Source: Eledone cirrhosa
Taxonomy: Eukaryota
Assembly (NCBI GenBank): GCA_964016885.1
Contig: OZ024740.1
Coordinates: 396,366,001 to 396,430,000 of the forward strand
DNA length: 64,000 bases
Direction of reading: 5' to 3'
Shown: piece by piece, positions 1 through 11,600 of the stretch
Numbering within the stretch: the stretch's first letter is position 1
Layout of the letters: each line of letters begins with the position of its first letter
Made by a program: the position numbers and the translations under genes
Notes under the pieces: generated by a model
Told to the model about the DNA's origin: nothing
Seen by the model: the letters and a program-made list of their open reading frames with translations, nothing else
Databases searched by the model: none

Positions 1-297
1 ATATACATATATACATATATATATACATATATACATATATACATATATATATACATATATATATACATATATATATATATACATATATATATATACATAT
101 ATATATACATATATATATATACATATATATATATATACATATATATACATACATATATACATATATACATACATACATACATATATACATACATACATAC
201 ATATATACATACATATATACATACATATATATACATATATACATACATATATATATATATACATATATACATACATATATATATATATACATATATA
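1..297. repeat. Compound (TA)n/(TACA)n microsatellite
   Basis: Direct inspection; similar tracts at 2187-2235, 5046-5077, 5530-5695, 6105-6211, 6545-6600, 6690-6716. Confidence 0.97.
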
Positions 298-2186
298 CAT
301 CATCATCATCATCATCATCAACGTTTAACGTCCGTGTTCCACGCTTGCATGGGTTTGGACGGGGGTAGTCCCACTTGAGGCAAGAGTGATTGTCTTGCTC
401 GCATAGGACTGTCTGGCAGGTTTTCTACAGTTGGATGCCCTTCCTAACACCAACCACATTTACAGTGTGGGTCTGGGAGGTTTTTACCGTGTTGCCTACA
501 CGGCCACATTACAGCGTGGACTGTGTGTTTTTTTGTCGTGACACCTACACGATCTCATTTGTTTCGGCCCGGATGGCGCGGCACCAACATAACTTTACAT
601 AGGACGGGGTGGTGGTGGTGGGACGGGGTGTATTTTGTTAGAGATGCCTACTGGCAAGGCGGGTCTTCTCTGTTACTGAGTACCGCCAAAGGTCTCGGTC
701 CAGTGACATTGTCTTGGAGAGGTGTAAGTGTGTGAGGTCGGAGTTTATCAGCTCGTCCCAGGTTTTTCTAGGTCTGCCTATTCCGTGGCTACCGTCTATC
801 TTTATTGCCCTGCACTTTGTTATACAGCTATCGACTTTCATGCGCATCACGTGTCCATACCAACGTAGCCTTCTCTCGAGTAAACAACATCTGATCCCTC
901 TTATCTCTAATTTTTTCCTTAGTTCGTTTATGCTTTGCCGTTCACGTATATTACTGTTACACATCCAGCGGAGCATGCAAGCTTCGTTCCTCTCTAGTCT
1001 GCGTATATCCTCTGCACACAATGCCCAGGTCTCACTGCCATGCAACATTGCTGTTCGTATGCAGGCATCGTACAACCTGCCTTTCATTTTTAGGGAGAAC
1101 CCTTTAGCAGCTAATAGTGGTATAAGCTCTCTGAACTTTTTCCAACCAGTTCTGACTCTAGCTACAGTACTTTCAGAGCACCCTCCCCCACTGCTGATTT
1201 TATCGCCCAGGTAACGGAAGCTGTCCACTATTTCTATAGAACCCTCTGCGCAATTGAAAGAGCTAGTATTGTGTGGGCACTTGCTGCTACTTATTGCACC
1301 AGAACACCGGCCACATGTAAAATCTATGTTCTTAGTTAGCTTACCTGTGATCCCACTACATCTTTTATGCACCCATACTTTGCATTTAGGACACAAAATG
1401 GAGTTTCTACCTACGCCTTTCCTACACACCGAGCACGACCATTTCCCAGAAGGGACCGCCGCCTTGTTTTCTTTCCTACAAACTAGAACTTTGGTCTTAG
1501 CCAGGTTAATTTTAAGTCCTTTTGACTCTAGGCCGTGCTTCCATGTTTGGAATTTCTTCTCTAGCTCGGCCATTGATTCCGCTATGAGTGTCAGGTCGTC
1601 TGCGTATAGGAGTTCCCATGGGCAGCCTGTCTTGAACTCCTCTGTTATAGCCTGAAGGGCAATAATAAATAGTAGGGGGCTGAGAACAGAGCCCTGATGG
1701 ACGCCAACTTTTACGCTAAACTCTTCACTATATTCGTTGTTAATTCTAACCTTGCTGACTGTTTCTTTATACATGGCTTGTATAGCCCTCACAAGCCATT
1801 CGTCAACGCCTAGTTTTCTAAGAGCCCACCAGATAATGGAGCGGGGGACTCTGTCGAAGGCTTTCTCCAAGTCGACAAAAGCTAAGTAGAGGGGTTTACC
1901 TTTAGCTAGGTACTTCTCCTGTAGTTGTCGTACTATGAAAAGAGCGTCTGTGGTACTTTTGCCTGACACAAACCCGAACTGCATTTCATCTAGGTCAATT
2001 CTCTCTCTGATTAGTTGCGCTATTACTTTTTCTGTGACCTTCATGACCTGGTCGATTAATTTAATGCCTCTATAGTTACTCCTATCTAGGGCGTCTCCTT
2101 TACCCTTATAACAGTTAACGATGATGCTGCTATGCCAGTCCTTCGGAACAGCCCCATTCTGTACGACTTGGTTAACTATGCGGGTG
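298..2186 (-). mobile_element. 5'-truncated copy of the same RTE LINE (RT + 3' UTR + tail)
   Basis: Near identical to 35243-37149; ORF 638..2227 open but its N-terminus is microsatellite-derived; flanked on both sides by (TA/TACA)n. Confidence 0.95.
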
Positions 2187-2235
2187 TATATATATACATA
2201 TATACATACATATATATATATATACATATATACAT

Positions 2236-3192
2236 ACTAGACATGAAAAATGCGCAAGCTCAAAAGTGCCACAGAATGTTATAATAAACCTTCAAAAGTG
2301 TGGGACTAGAGTTGTTGCTAAAAAATATTGTAATCATTATATATCGTACATTCTGTGGCATCCTTTATAAAAATAGCTTAAACCAACGAAGCCTTTATTT
2401 TTACGCTATTTCACTTAGTTAATTCTTAGAGTGTAACATATAAAAATATGATTTACAACTATAAAATAAATTAATTAATATAATAACAGAGCTGCGGAGC
2501 TGAAATTTAGGAAATAATGGAGTATCGGATCCTGAGTTGGAGCCAGTCAATTTTTGGCCGACTCCGCAGCCCTGTATAATACATTTCATATTAAAGTTAT
2601 TAATAAACCTATTTTACACTGCATGCAAATTACCATGAGATATTGATATTAGATATAAGATACAGCGCAATATCTACAGCTGTAAAAGTACGAAAGCGAA
2701 GTAATAATAAGTGGCTTAAGGTAATTCCAATATGAAAGTTTGTAGTGATAAAAATTTGATAATGCAATACGATTGTTAATATTATAGTTCTATGAAAATG
2801 TAACAATAGATAACTAAATTATTTTACTATTAGTATATTTAAGAAATTATCATTATAGATTTGATCGTTCATATAAGCATCATATTAAGTTTCAACACAA
2901 TTATTTTGTTACTATGAGTATATGATAATAATATTACGTAATTATTTATAGCTGTTATTACATTAAACATAGAAGTATTTATTTTTATATGTTACACTCT
3001 AAGAATTAACTAAGTGAAATAGCGTAAAAATAAAGGCTTCGTTGGTTTAAGCTATTTTTATAAAGGATGCCACAGAATGTACGATATATAATGATTACAA
3101 TATTTTTTAGCAACAACTCTAGTCCCACACTTTTGAAGGTTTATTATAACATTCTGTGGCACTTTTGAGCTTGCGCATTTTTCATGTCTAGT
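2236..3192. repeat. Long perfect inverted repeat (213-bp arms 2236-2448 and 2980-3192, 531-bp spacer)
   Basis: Arm ACTAGACATGAAAAATGCGC...GTGTAACATATAAAAATA is exactly reverse-complemented in the right arm (read by eye). Confidence 0.92.
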
Positions 3193-3850
3193 TTAATATT
3201 TTTTTAAGGCAACGCTTGTAATAACTCTAGTTAAACAGGATATATATTAATAATAAATTATCGTTGTAATATAATTAGATTATGTAATTGTTATTATAAA
3301 TTATCTTATAAATATTAGTGTAAGATGTATAAAAATATTTTCAGACTTTTAATATAAACAACTAGAAAAAACAATCAATATTAAATCAATATATTATACA
3401 TAATAGAAAACATAAAATATACAATACAAAAACAAAATATTTACATACAATTGCAATTATCAGTGTATATACATTTTCTTTATATTCCCTGAGCAAATTA
3501 ATAAGATTTGTTTTTATTGTACATAATTTGATGACTTGTTGGAGTGTATTAAAAGATAGCAACAATTTGTGATTAAATTGTTATCTTAAGCAACTCACTT
3601 TTTAATAGTTGTTGGCTGAGCGAAATTGTAAAAGCCTATGAGCAAATATAAAAAAAAATACACAAACAACATTTCCTTGTGTTATTACAACATTAGATAA
3701 AATAATTGAGCAATGTCGTTATATTTTGCTCTTATTGCACATTAATAGTGTTTCTATTTTTCGGCACAAATCCATTACGGCAGTCCATTACTGGTACTTT
3801 ATTTTATCGAATTAGTAAGTATGAAAGTCGAAGTTAACCTCGGCAGGATT

Positions 3851-5045
3851 TGATCCCTCTTATCTCTAATTTTTTCCTTAGTTCGTTTATGCTTTGCCGT
3901 TCACGTATATTACTGTTACACATCCAGCGGAGCATGCAAGCTTCGTTCCTCTCTAGTCTGCGTATATCCTCTGCACACAATGCCCAGGTCTCACTGCCAT
4001 GCAGCATTGCTGTTCGTATGCAGGCATCGTACAACCTGCCTTTCATTTTTAGGGAGAACCCTTTAGCAGCTAATAGTGGTATAAGCTCTCTGAACTTTTT
4101 CTAACCAGTTCTGACTCTAGCTACAGTACTTTCAGAGCACCCTCCCCCACTGCTGATTTTATCGCCCAGGTAACGGAAGCTGTCCACTATTTCTATAGAA
4201 CCCTCTGCGCAATTGAAAGAGCTAGTATTTTGTGGGCACTTGCTGCTACTTATTGCACCAGAACACCGGCCACATGTAAAATCTATGTTCTTAGTTAGCT
4301 TACCTGTGATCCCACTACATCTTTTATGCACCCATACTTTGCATTTAGGACATAAAATGGAGTTTCTACCTACGCCTTTCCTACACACTGAGCACGACCA
4401 TTTCCCAGAAGGGACCGCCGCCTTGTTTTCTTTCCTACAAACTAGTACTTTGGTCTTAGCCAGGTTAATTTTAAGTCCTTTTGACTCTAGGCCGTGCTTC
4501 CATGTTTGGAATTTCTTCTCTAGCTCGGCCATTGATTCCGCTATGAGTGTCAGGTCGTCTGCGTATAGGAGTTCCCATGGGCAGCCTGTCTTGAACTCCT
4601 CTGTTATAGCCTGAAGGGCAATAATAAATAGTAGGGGGCTGAGAACAGAGCCCTGATGGACGCCAACTTTTACGCTAAACTCTTCACTATATTCGTTGTT
4701 AATTCTAACCTTGCTGACTCTTTCTTTATACATGGCTTGTATAGCCCTCACAAACCATTCGTCAACGCCTAGTTTTCTAAGAGCCCACCAGATAATGGAG
4801 CGGGGGACTCTGTCGAAGGCTTTCTCCAAGTCGACAAAAGCTAAGTAGAGGGGTTTATCTTTAGCTAGGTACTTCTCCTGTAGTTGTCGTACTATGAAAA
4901 GAGCGTCTGTGGTACTTTTGCCTGACACAAACCCGAACTGCATTTCATCTAGGTCAATTCTCTCTGATTAGTTGCGCTATTACTTTTTCCGTGACCTTCA
5001 TGACCTGGTCGATTAATTTAATGCCTCTATAGTTACTCCTATCTA
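3851..5045 (-). pseudogene. Internal RT fragment of the same RTE LINE, truncated at both ends
   Basis: Matches copy 298-2186 with a few SNPs, a TGG->TAG stop at 4101-4103 and a 2-bp deletion near 4960. Confidence 0.92.
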
Positions 5046-5077
5046 TATATAATATATACATATATATATACATATAT

Positions 5078-5526
5078 CTCTCCAAGACAACGTCACTGGA
5101 CCGAGATCTTTGGCGCTACACAGTAATACAGAAGACCCGCCTTGCCTCAGCGAAACCTAGTCAGTAGGCACCTCTAACCAAAATACACCCCCCCCCCCCG
5201 TCCCACTACCCCATCCACACCACCCCTTTTAATGTAAAGTTATGTTGGTACCACAACATCCAGTCCGAAATGAGGTCGTGTAGGTGTCACAACAAAAAAC
5301 ACAGTCTACGCTGTAATGTGGCCGTGTAGGTAACACGGTAAAAACCTCCCAGTTCCACACTGTAAATGTGGTTGGTGTTAGGAAGGGCATCCAGCTGTAG
5401 AAAACCCGCCAGACAGTCCTATACGAGCAAGACAATCACTCTTGTCTCAAGTGGGAAAATTCTCGTCCAAACCCATACAAGCGTTGAAGTTGGACGTTAA
5501 ACGATGATGATGATGGTGTTGATGAT
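5078..5526 (+). mobile_element. 3' end (ORF tail + 3' UTR + (GAT)n) of a closely related RTE subfamily, opposite orientation
   Basis: Reverse-complement similarity to 300-720; flanked by TA-rich microsatellites. Confidence 0.88.
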
Positions 5527-6128
5527 AACATATACACACACACTCCTACACAAATATTTATCTATATATACATATATACACATATATATATACACTCTTA
5601 CACAAATATATATCTATATACACATATATATACATATATACACACATATATACATACACATATACACATATATATACACACATATATATACATATGGTGG
5701 CTGCCAACTCGTTTTCGAGTACGGCCACTACTTTATATCCATGTAGGAGAACCCCTACCGATGCGCTGAATGAATGTGACTTTTTAGTCCAGCCAGCGAC
5801 TTGAAAACTCTGGTACAAACACTACACTTGTGACAATTATTGACATAGTGCTGGGCTCATGGTACCATAGGACAACAAGTGCAGAGAGATCTCCAGATAT
5901 AAAGCAATGCCTGTGCCGTGAAGCTTTTATAGTAAGCAAAGGCACTGCACAAAGCCAGTCCCACTCTCTTAACCAAGATGATATTTACCAAAAAGAAGAA
6001 CAAGTCAACATCATTGGATACCATCAGGGTTGCAGGTGTTATATCAGAGTTTTCCTTCACCTAGAATTCTGCCTTGACAAAGGCTAAGGGGTCATCTCTC
6101 CCGTATATACATATACACACATATATAC

Positions 6129-6211
<83 letters not shown>

Positions 6212-6212
<1 letters not shown>

Positions 6213-6543
6213 GGTGGAAAGCACATAGCTTAGTGGTTAGAGCATTGGCCTTGCAATCAAGAGGTTGTGAGTTCAATTCTCAGACCGGGTGATGTGTTGT
6301 TTGCTTGAGCAAGACACTATTTCACATTGCTCCAGTTTACTGTAGAAATGAGATGATAGGTACTGGGGTCCCTATCATTCCACTGTAAAGTGGTCATGGA
6401 GGTGCCACGACAAAAAAGCACCCAGCACTCACTGTAAATGAGGTTGGTGTTAGGAAGGGCATCCAGCTGTAGAAATCAAGCCAGAATCAGTTCCCATCCC
6501 ACCCTTGCAAGCAGGGAAAAGCGGACGTAAAATGATGATGATG

Positions 6544-6544
<1 letters not shown>
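6212..6544 (+). mobile_element. tRNA-derived CORE-type SINE with RTE-like tail
   Basis: Pol III A box (TAGCTTAGTGG) and B box (GTTCAATTC), CORE-like CTTGAGCAAGACACT, RTE-shared structured body and (GAT)n tail. Confidence 0.8.
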
Positions 6545-6578
<34 letters not shown>

Positions 6579-6686
6579 CACGCACACATATATATATATA
6601 TTCATCCAACCAACCTTCCCTCAAGTGGGACAACTCCTGTCTAACCCATGCTAGCGTGGAAAATGGACATTAAACGAAGATGACGA

Positions 6687-6721
<35 letters not shown>

Positions 6722-6793
6722 TAGCGAAACAAACGGTTATTAAACAATTTTCTAAATAAATTAAAAAATGATTAAATAATCACCTGTTCAGAT

Positions 6794-6874
6794 GCTGTTA
6801 CCGACGGTTTCATCATTCCGAAAGATTGGAAATCCAACGAATTTCCAATGGAAAGAAATGAATCTTCAGACAGC
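6794..6874 (-). ncRNA. Type I hammerhead ribozyme motif
   Basis: Minus strand reads GCUGU-CUGAAGA-[long stem II]-GAAA-CCGUCG-GUA-ACAGC: stem I GCUGU/ACAGC, near-palindromic short stem III, GUA cleavage triplet; 10.1-11.1 is a U.U mismatch. Confidence 0.75.
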
Positions 6875-8051
6875 CCTATTTCCACGCTATAAGGTATAGC
6901 AAGTAAATATTATGCTCCCTGCCCAACGCATGCGGTCAAGCCGTTAAAGTGACACACACGCAAATCAGGTCGCTGATAAAAGCTGGATATTATAAACATG
7001 TCGAATTGCCATATATATATATATATAAACGAATTTATAGATAATGTCCATTTCTGTTCTTTCTATATTTCAATTGATTTATGTAGTTATGTAGTTATGT
7101 AACCATGATCACATACCAAAATGGCATCGTAATATCATATTTTATGATTATGTTTGATGAAGGGATTTACTTATGATCAGATGTCACTACGTAAATCCAA
7201 TTAAAATATAGAAATATGTAATAAAATATGGAAATTGAATGTCTTTGTATCAATTCTCATGTGGATAACTCGCTTCTATCAAGATTCATACCACTGAATT
7301 AGTACTATCTACATCCAGTGTTAAATGTGGCTTACCCTCAGATGAAAAAAAAAAAAAAAATCAACTCAGAAAAATATATATAAGCAAGTATAGCACCAAG
7401 AAAAATATAGACTTCAGCGAGATGAGAAACTAAGAATCTATTGGCTTCAACACGTTTCTGTGCCTTGTATTAACATTCGCTTTCCCAGCTAGCAAGGGTT
7501 GGATGGGTCCATACAGACCAAGCCAGTAGTGAAGTGGAGCCACTGACCTCCCAGGCAGGCCAGGGATCTATGTTATGTACAATCTCATGTTCTGATTGCT
7601 TAGGAGAGGTTGTCATGCCTCTGACACAACTGAGGTTTTCCCCAACCCTTTGTTTGGCAAGATTTCTATGGCTGGATGATCTTTCGATCACCAACCACTT
7701 TACAGAATGTACTAGGTGTGTAGGTGTGTAGTGAGAGTACCCAGATTCAGTGTAAGTTCTCGAGTCCCAATACATAAGTTTAGACTACATCTAAAGAATT
7801 GTTGTGACATAAACACAAAAGTATATATCTATATTTCTATCTAACTATATCTATATATAAGTGCATTTCACATCCCAAGAAACTGTGACTGTCCATTCTT
7901 TATTTATATTTAAATTAAAATCATGAATGGTATTATGGAACAGGTCAACACTAATATAATACAAAATTCCTCATCATAGTTTAACATGTTTTCTAAGTCA
8001 GATGGGTCATTATAGACATATATGGCATGTTTTCCACAGCTGGATGTCCTT

Positions 8052-8430
8052 ATCATTTTATGTCTGCTTTTCCCTGCTTGCAAGGGTGGGACGGGGACTG
8101 ATTCTGGCTTGATTTCTACAGCTGGATGCCCTTCCTTACACCAACCTCATTTACAGTGAGTGCTGGGTGCTTTTTTTCCGTGGCGCCTACACGTCCACTT
8201 TACAGTGTGGGCTGGGTGCTTTTTTTTGCCGTGGCACCTCCACGACCTCTTTGCAGAGGAATGATAGGGACCTCAGTCCTATGATGTCATTTTTACAGCT
8301 GAGTAAACTGGAGCAATGTGAAATAAAGTGTCTTGCTCAAGGAAACAACACATCACCCGGTCTGAGAATTGAAATCACAACCTTTCGATTGCAAGCCCAA
8401 TGCTCTAACCACTAAGCCACGTGCCTCCAT
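8052..8430 (-). mobile_element. Second copy of the tRNA-CORE-RTE SINE (one extra internal unit)
   Basis: Reverse complement of 6212-6544 with two pseudoknot units. Confidence 0.8.
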
Positions 8431-8536
8431 CAGTTATATATTTGACTAAATGTCTTCTTGATTAGGTTAAAAATTAATTCAAATATAAACAGTGTATTCA
8501 TTAGAAATTGTATCAAAAAATGTATAGAATACTTAC

Positions 8537-8652
8537 AAAACTTGGTGTCTGTGAGTTGCCTGAAGTTGTCCACATTGTTGAGCTCAAAGGAGAATAATTC
8601 CAGGGATTCTCAGGGACAGAATGTTGTTGCATCATGTAGTTGGGCCAGTTTT
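8537..8652 (-). CDS. TMEM131: TMEM131 exon (NWPNYMMQQHSVPENPWNYSPLSSTMWTTSGNSQTPSF)
   Basis: AG/GTAAG sites, phase 1->0; ends in a donor, so at least one more exon lies further downstream. Confidence 0.78.
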
Positions 8653-11600
8653 CTGTCAAATGAAAAGGTCATTTGTTAACTCTTGATAAAAAACTGTTTC
8701 CGTGTTTATTTTTATCTAAAAAAACCCGTCGTAATTTTATGTAAGAATCTTTCCAAATAGCTTAATAATGAGGAATTTAATGATATTACTAAATCTTTCC
8801 TAATTCTCTATTTAAAAATTATATGTAGTGTTTTTCATTAGAAATATAGAAAACTAACATATTTGGGCTTTAAAATGTAAAGGAATTTAATACTTACCAT
8901 TCTTAACTTTATAGTCTGGTTCAGCCTGAGTGCAGGAGGTTGTCATTGCTGATTGGAACGGGTTGTAATTGTAAAAATTTGCTGCAGAGGAAAATAAATT
9001 CTTTTACTCTTAACATCCTGTTAGGATTTAGGAGAAATATTTAAATGGGTTTCATCATCATTGATTAACGTCCATCTTCCATGCTAGCATGAGGTTAGTT
9101 GTGTCGGGTGACTGTGTCTCACTCATATAGGGATGTTTCTGGCTGGATGCCCTTCCTAACGGCAACCACATTTACAGTGTGGGTATATTAATTCAAATGT
9201 TTATACTATATTACTGAATAGAAGGATTATAAATTTGCATTATTTAAGAAAAAACTAATTTTCAAAGTGATGCAGTCATGGTGTTAATTTGTAATTTCCA
9301 AGAATATTTTGCTAATGCAGTTTCATGTGGCACAGGATGTTAATATAAAGAAAGAAAGTAGTTGAGACAAGGACATGGATTGATCTCTTAGCCCACTTTT
9401 TTTGGGGATGGTCATGGGATCAGAGTCCTCAAATATGCCTTCCAGAAGCAACTGTCAACAATTGATCTGGTTGAGCTTATGGATGTTATCCAACCATGTT
9501 GCTTATACCCCTGGGTCTTTTTCTGTGTGGTTTTGCCCATAAAATCTGTTCAGTGATTCTTTCCTGCAACATTCTAACCACATATCCGTAGAATTAGAGC
9601 TGTGATCTCTCAATTCAGAGAAGTAGCGGTTTTACTGTGAGTGACTGATTTCTAAGCAACGCACTATCGAGTAATGTTACACCAAAGACCCTTCAGAGGA
9701 ACCCCATTTTGACCGCTTGTATTTGCAATCATATTCTTTTGGTAATTACACAAGATTCCTAACCATAGGTAAGGATTGGCATGAATACCTAATTGAAGAT
9801 ACCGAGTTTGGATTTTACACCTCCCTCCCCTTTTCAGATGACAATGTTGAAGCTAGCACATTACTGCACCAGCTCCTGCAATTCTTGCACTTAATTCAGC
9901 TTCCTGCTTTCCATCACTTGTGAAAATGGCTCCAAGATACTTGAACTTCTCTACCTGCTCCAGTGGAACTCCACTCACATGTAGAGTGCACTGCGCAGGC
10001 TTCTTTGAGAAAACAAGTGTGTCAGTCTTTGCAGCACTGATTTTCATTCCTACCATGCAGCGCAGTTAGCAGCATACCTATCATTTGATCTTATCAAATT
10101 AATGAGTTAAGCAAATGCAGGAATGATGTAGCAAGTTAAGTCCATAAACATTTTATACACCATTTTCAGTTTTTCTCCCTGCCTTAAAAGGTTCCAATCC
10201 AATTTTCAATTATGACATTAAGATTTCCTTCACAAGGCTTGGGTCAATTTGAAGCCATGATAAAAGACACTTGCTGAAGATGCAACACAGTGGGATCATA
10301 TCCAGATACAAACAAGATTGCTTGGTCATCTTTATTCAAATTGTACACTGTAGATCCTGCAAATAATTTTGCACTACACTCACTGCTGTGTGGCAAGGTG
10401 GAAATACAATTTTCTACAAAAAGACATTTTTGTACCAAAAAAACCTAGCAAACTATTAAAGTTAATACTTCTAAAAGGTTTCATTATTAGATTACTGGTA
10501 CCTATGCTTCAACTGTATCCATATTTTTATAAATAATCAAAATATTAGCTTATGATTACACAGACTAGTACAATTATGGTATAAAGCTGGGCACCTACCA
10601 GCAGATGGAGACATCGAGTTGTTGGCTGAGAAAGAGTTCAAAGAATATTGATGAGCTGGTTGATTATCAGTCCCTATTGAATTGTCAATAAGGGAAGAAA
10701 TTTGGTTCTCCCGGATTGATGGAAGACTGTAACTGAAAAACCCAAAACAATGACAGATTTCATAGGAATTTTCTTTGTAGACTGTGTGGGATAATCAAAA
10801 AGGAAACTCCCAACCTTTTCCCAATGTCAATATGTTTGCTTTTCCTTATTGGCTATGGGTTGGTTGGATCAAATAGGGATTCTACCTCAAGCTCCCACCA
10901 ATCTTTTTACATTTTCAGGAGACAGTAGCTTTCTAAATTTAGAGTGTTTCACTAAATTAACATAGAATAGTCATTTGTGAGGAGAAGTTAAAAGAACAAA
11001 TTCATTTGTAAGCTTAAATAAGACCAATGACTGGGATGTTGTATTTTCCTGGAAAGAGAAATTGATATTATTTTAACCCACCTATTTACATATTAATTTC
11101 AATCTTAACTAGTTTTTCTTGTTCTGCTATTAAATGGACTTGTTTCTTTGCTCAAGATACAGCATCCTGCCAGTGTTGGTGATACAAACTGATGACCCAC
11201 AATTTTATCTCAACCCTTGGTGGGATTGGGTGTAGTAGTTAGTGTTTAGTTCTTTAAACTATTGAAGATTGATATTTAGGGGCTCTGATAAGCAAGACAG
11301 TGTGCATAAAGTAGTATCTACTGAAATCTAAAAATACATTTTGAAACTTTTTTCCCTTAAACTTTCCTGAATCCCTCTCCTCGTTTTAATATTCATTTTT
11401 CCACACTAAATGTTTTAGTATGATCTGCAGTAAGGTGGATTATCATTTTCCTTTATTCAGAGAATCTGTTCCCAAATTTTAGAGGAATCATAAAGGTGCT
11501 GGCTACCAGAAAAGATGAAATGTGGCTGCAGGGTTGTTTGAAAGGTCATCATTTCTCTTTTACATGTTAGTTCATGCACTGTTAACAATGCATTTAATTA

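Noticed and set aside
714-1655. Antisense ORFs of 166 and 133 aa over the RT (also 3850-4614, 35677-36618, 55951-57141)
   Set aside because: Shadow frames of the LINE ORF repeated in each copy; mostly non-ATG starts and no recognisable protein features
2187-2227. MYIYIYVC N-terminus of the 529-aa ORF
   Set aside because: Translation of a TA/CA microsatellite fused in frame to a 5'-truncated RT; not a real start
6212-6290. tRNA-like sequence with A and B boxes
   Set aside because: SINE head without a proper cloverleaf or acceptor stem; continues into CORE and RTE parts
5504-6292. ORFs rich in YI/HI/VC repeats
   Set aside because: Microsatellite translations
10150-11060. ORF 10244..10438 as a possible extra TMEM131 exon
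   Set aside because: No fitting splice phase; AKLFAG-like remnant suggests a decayed CR1 RT, too degraded to annotate
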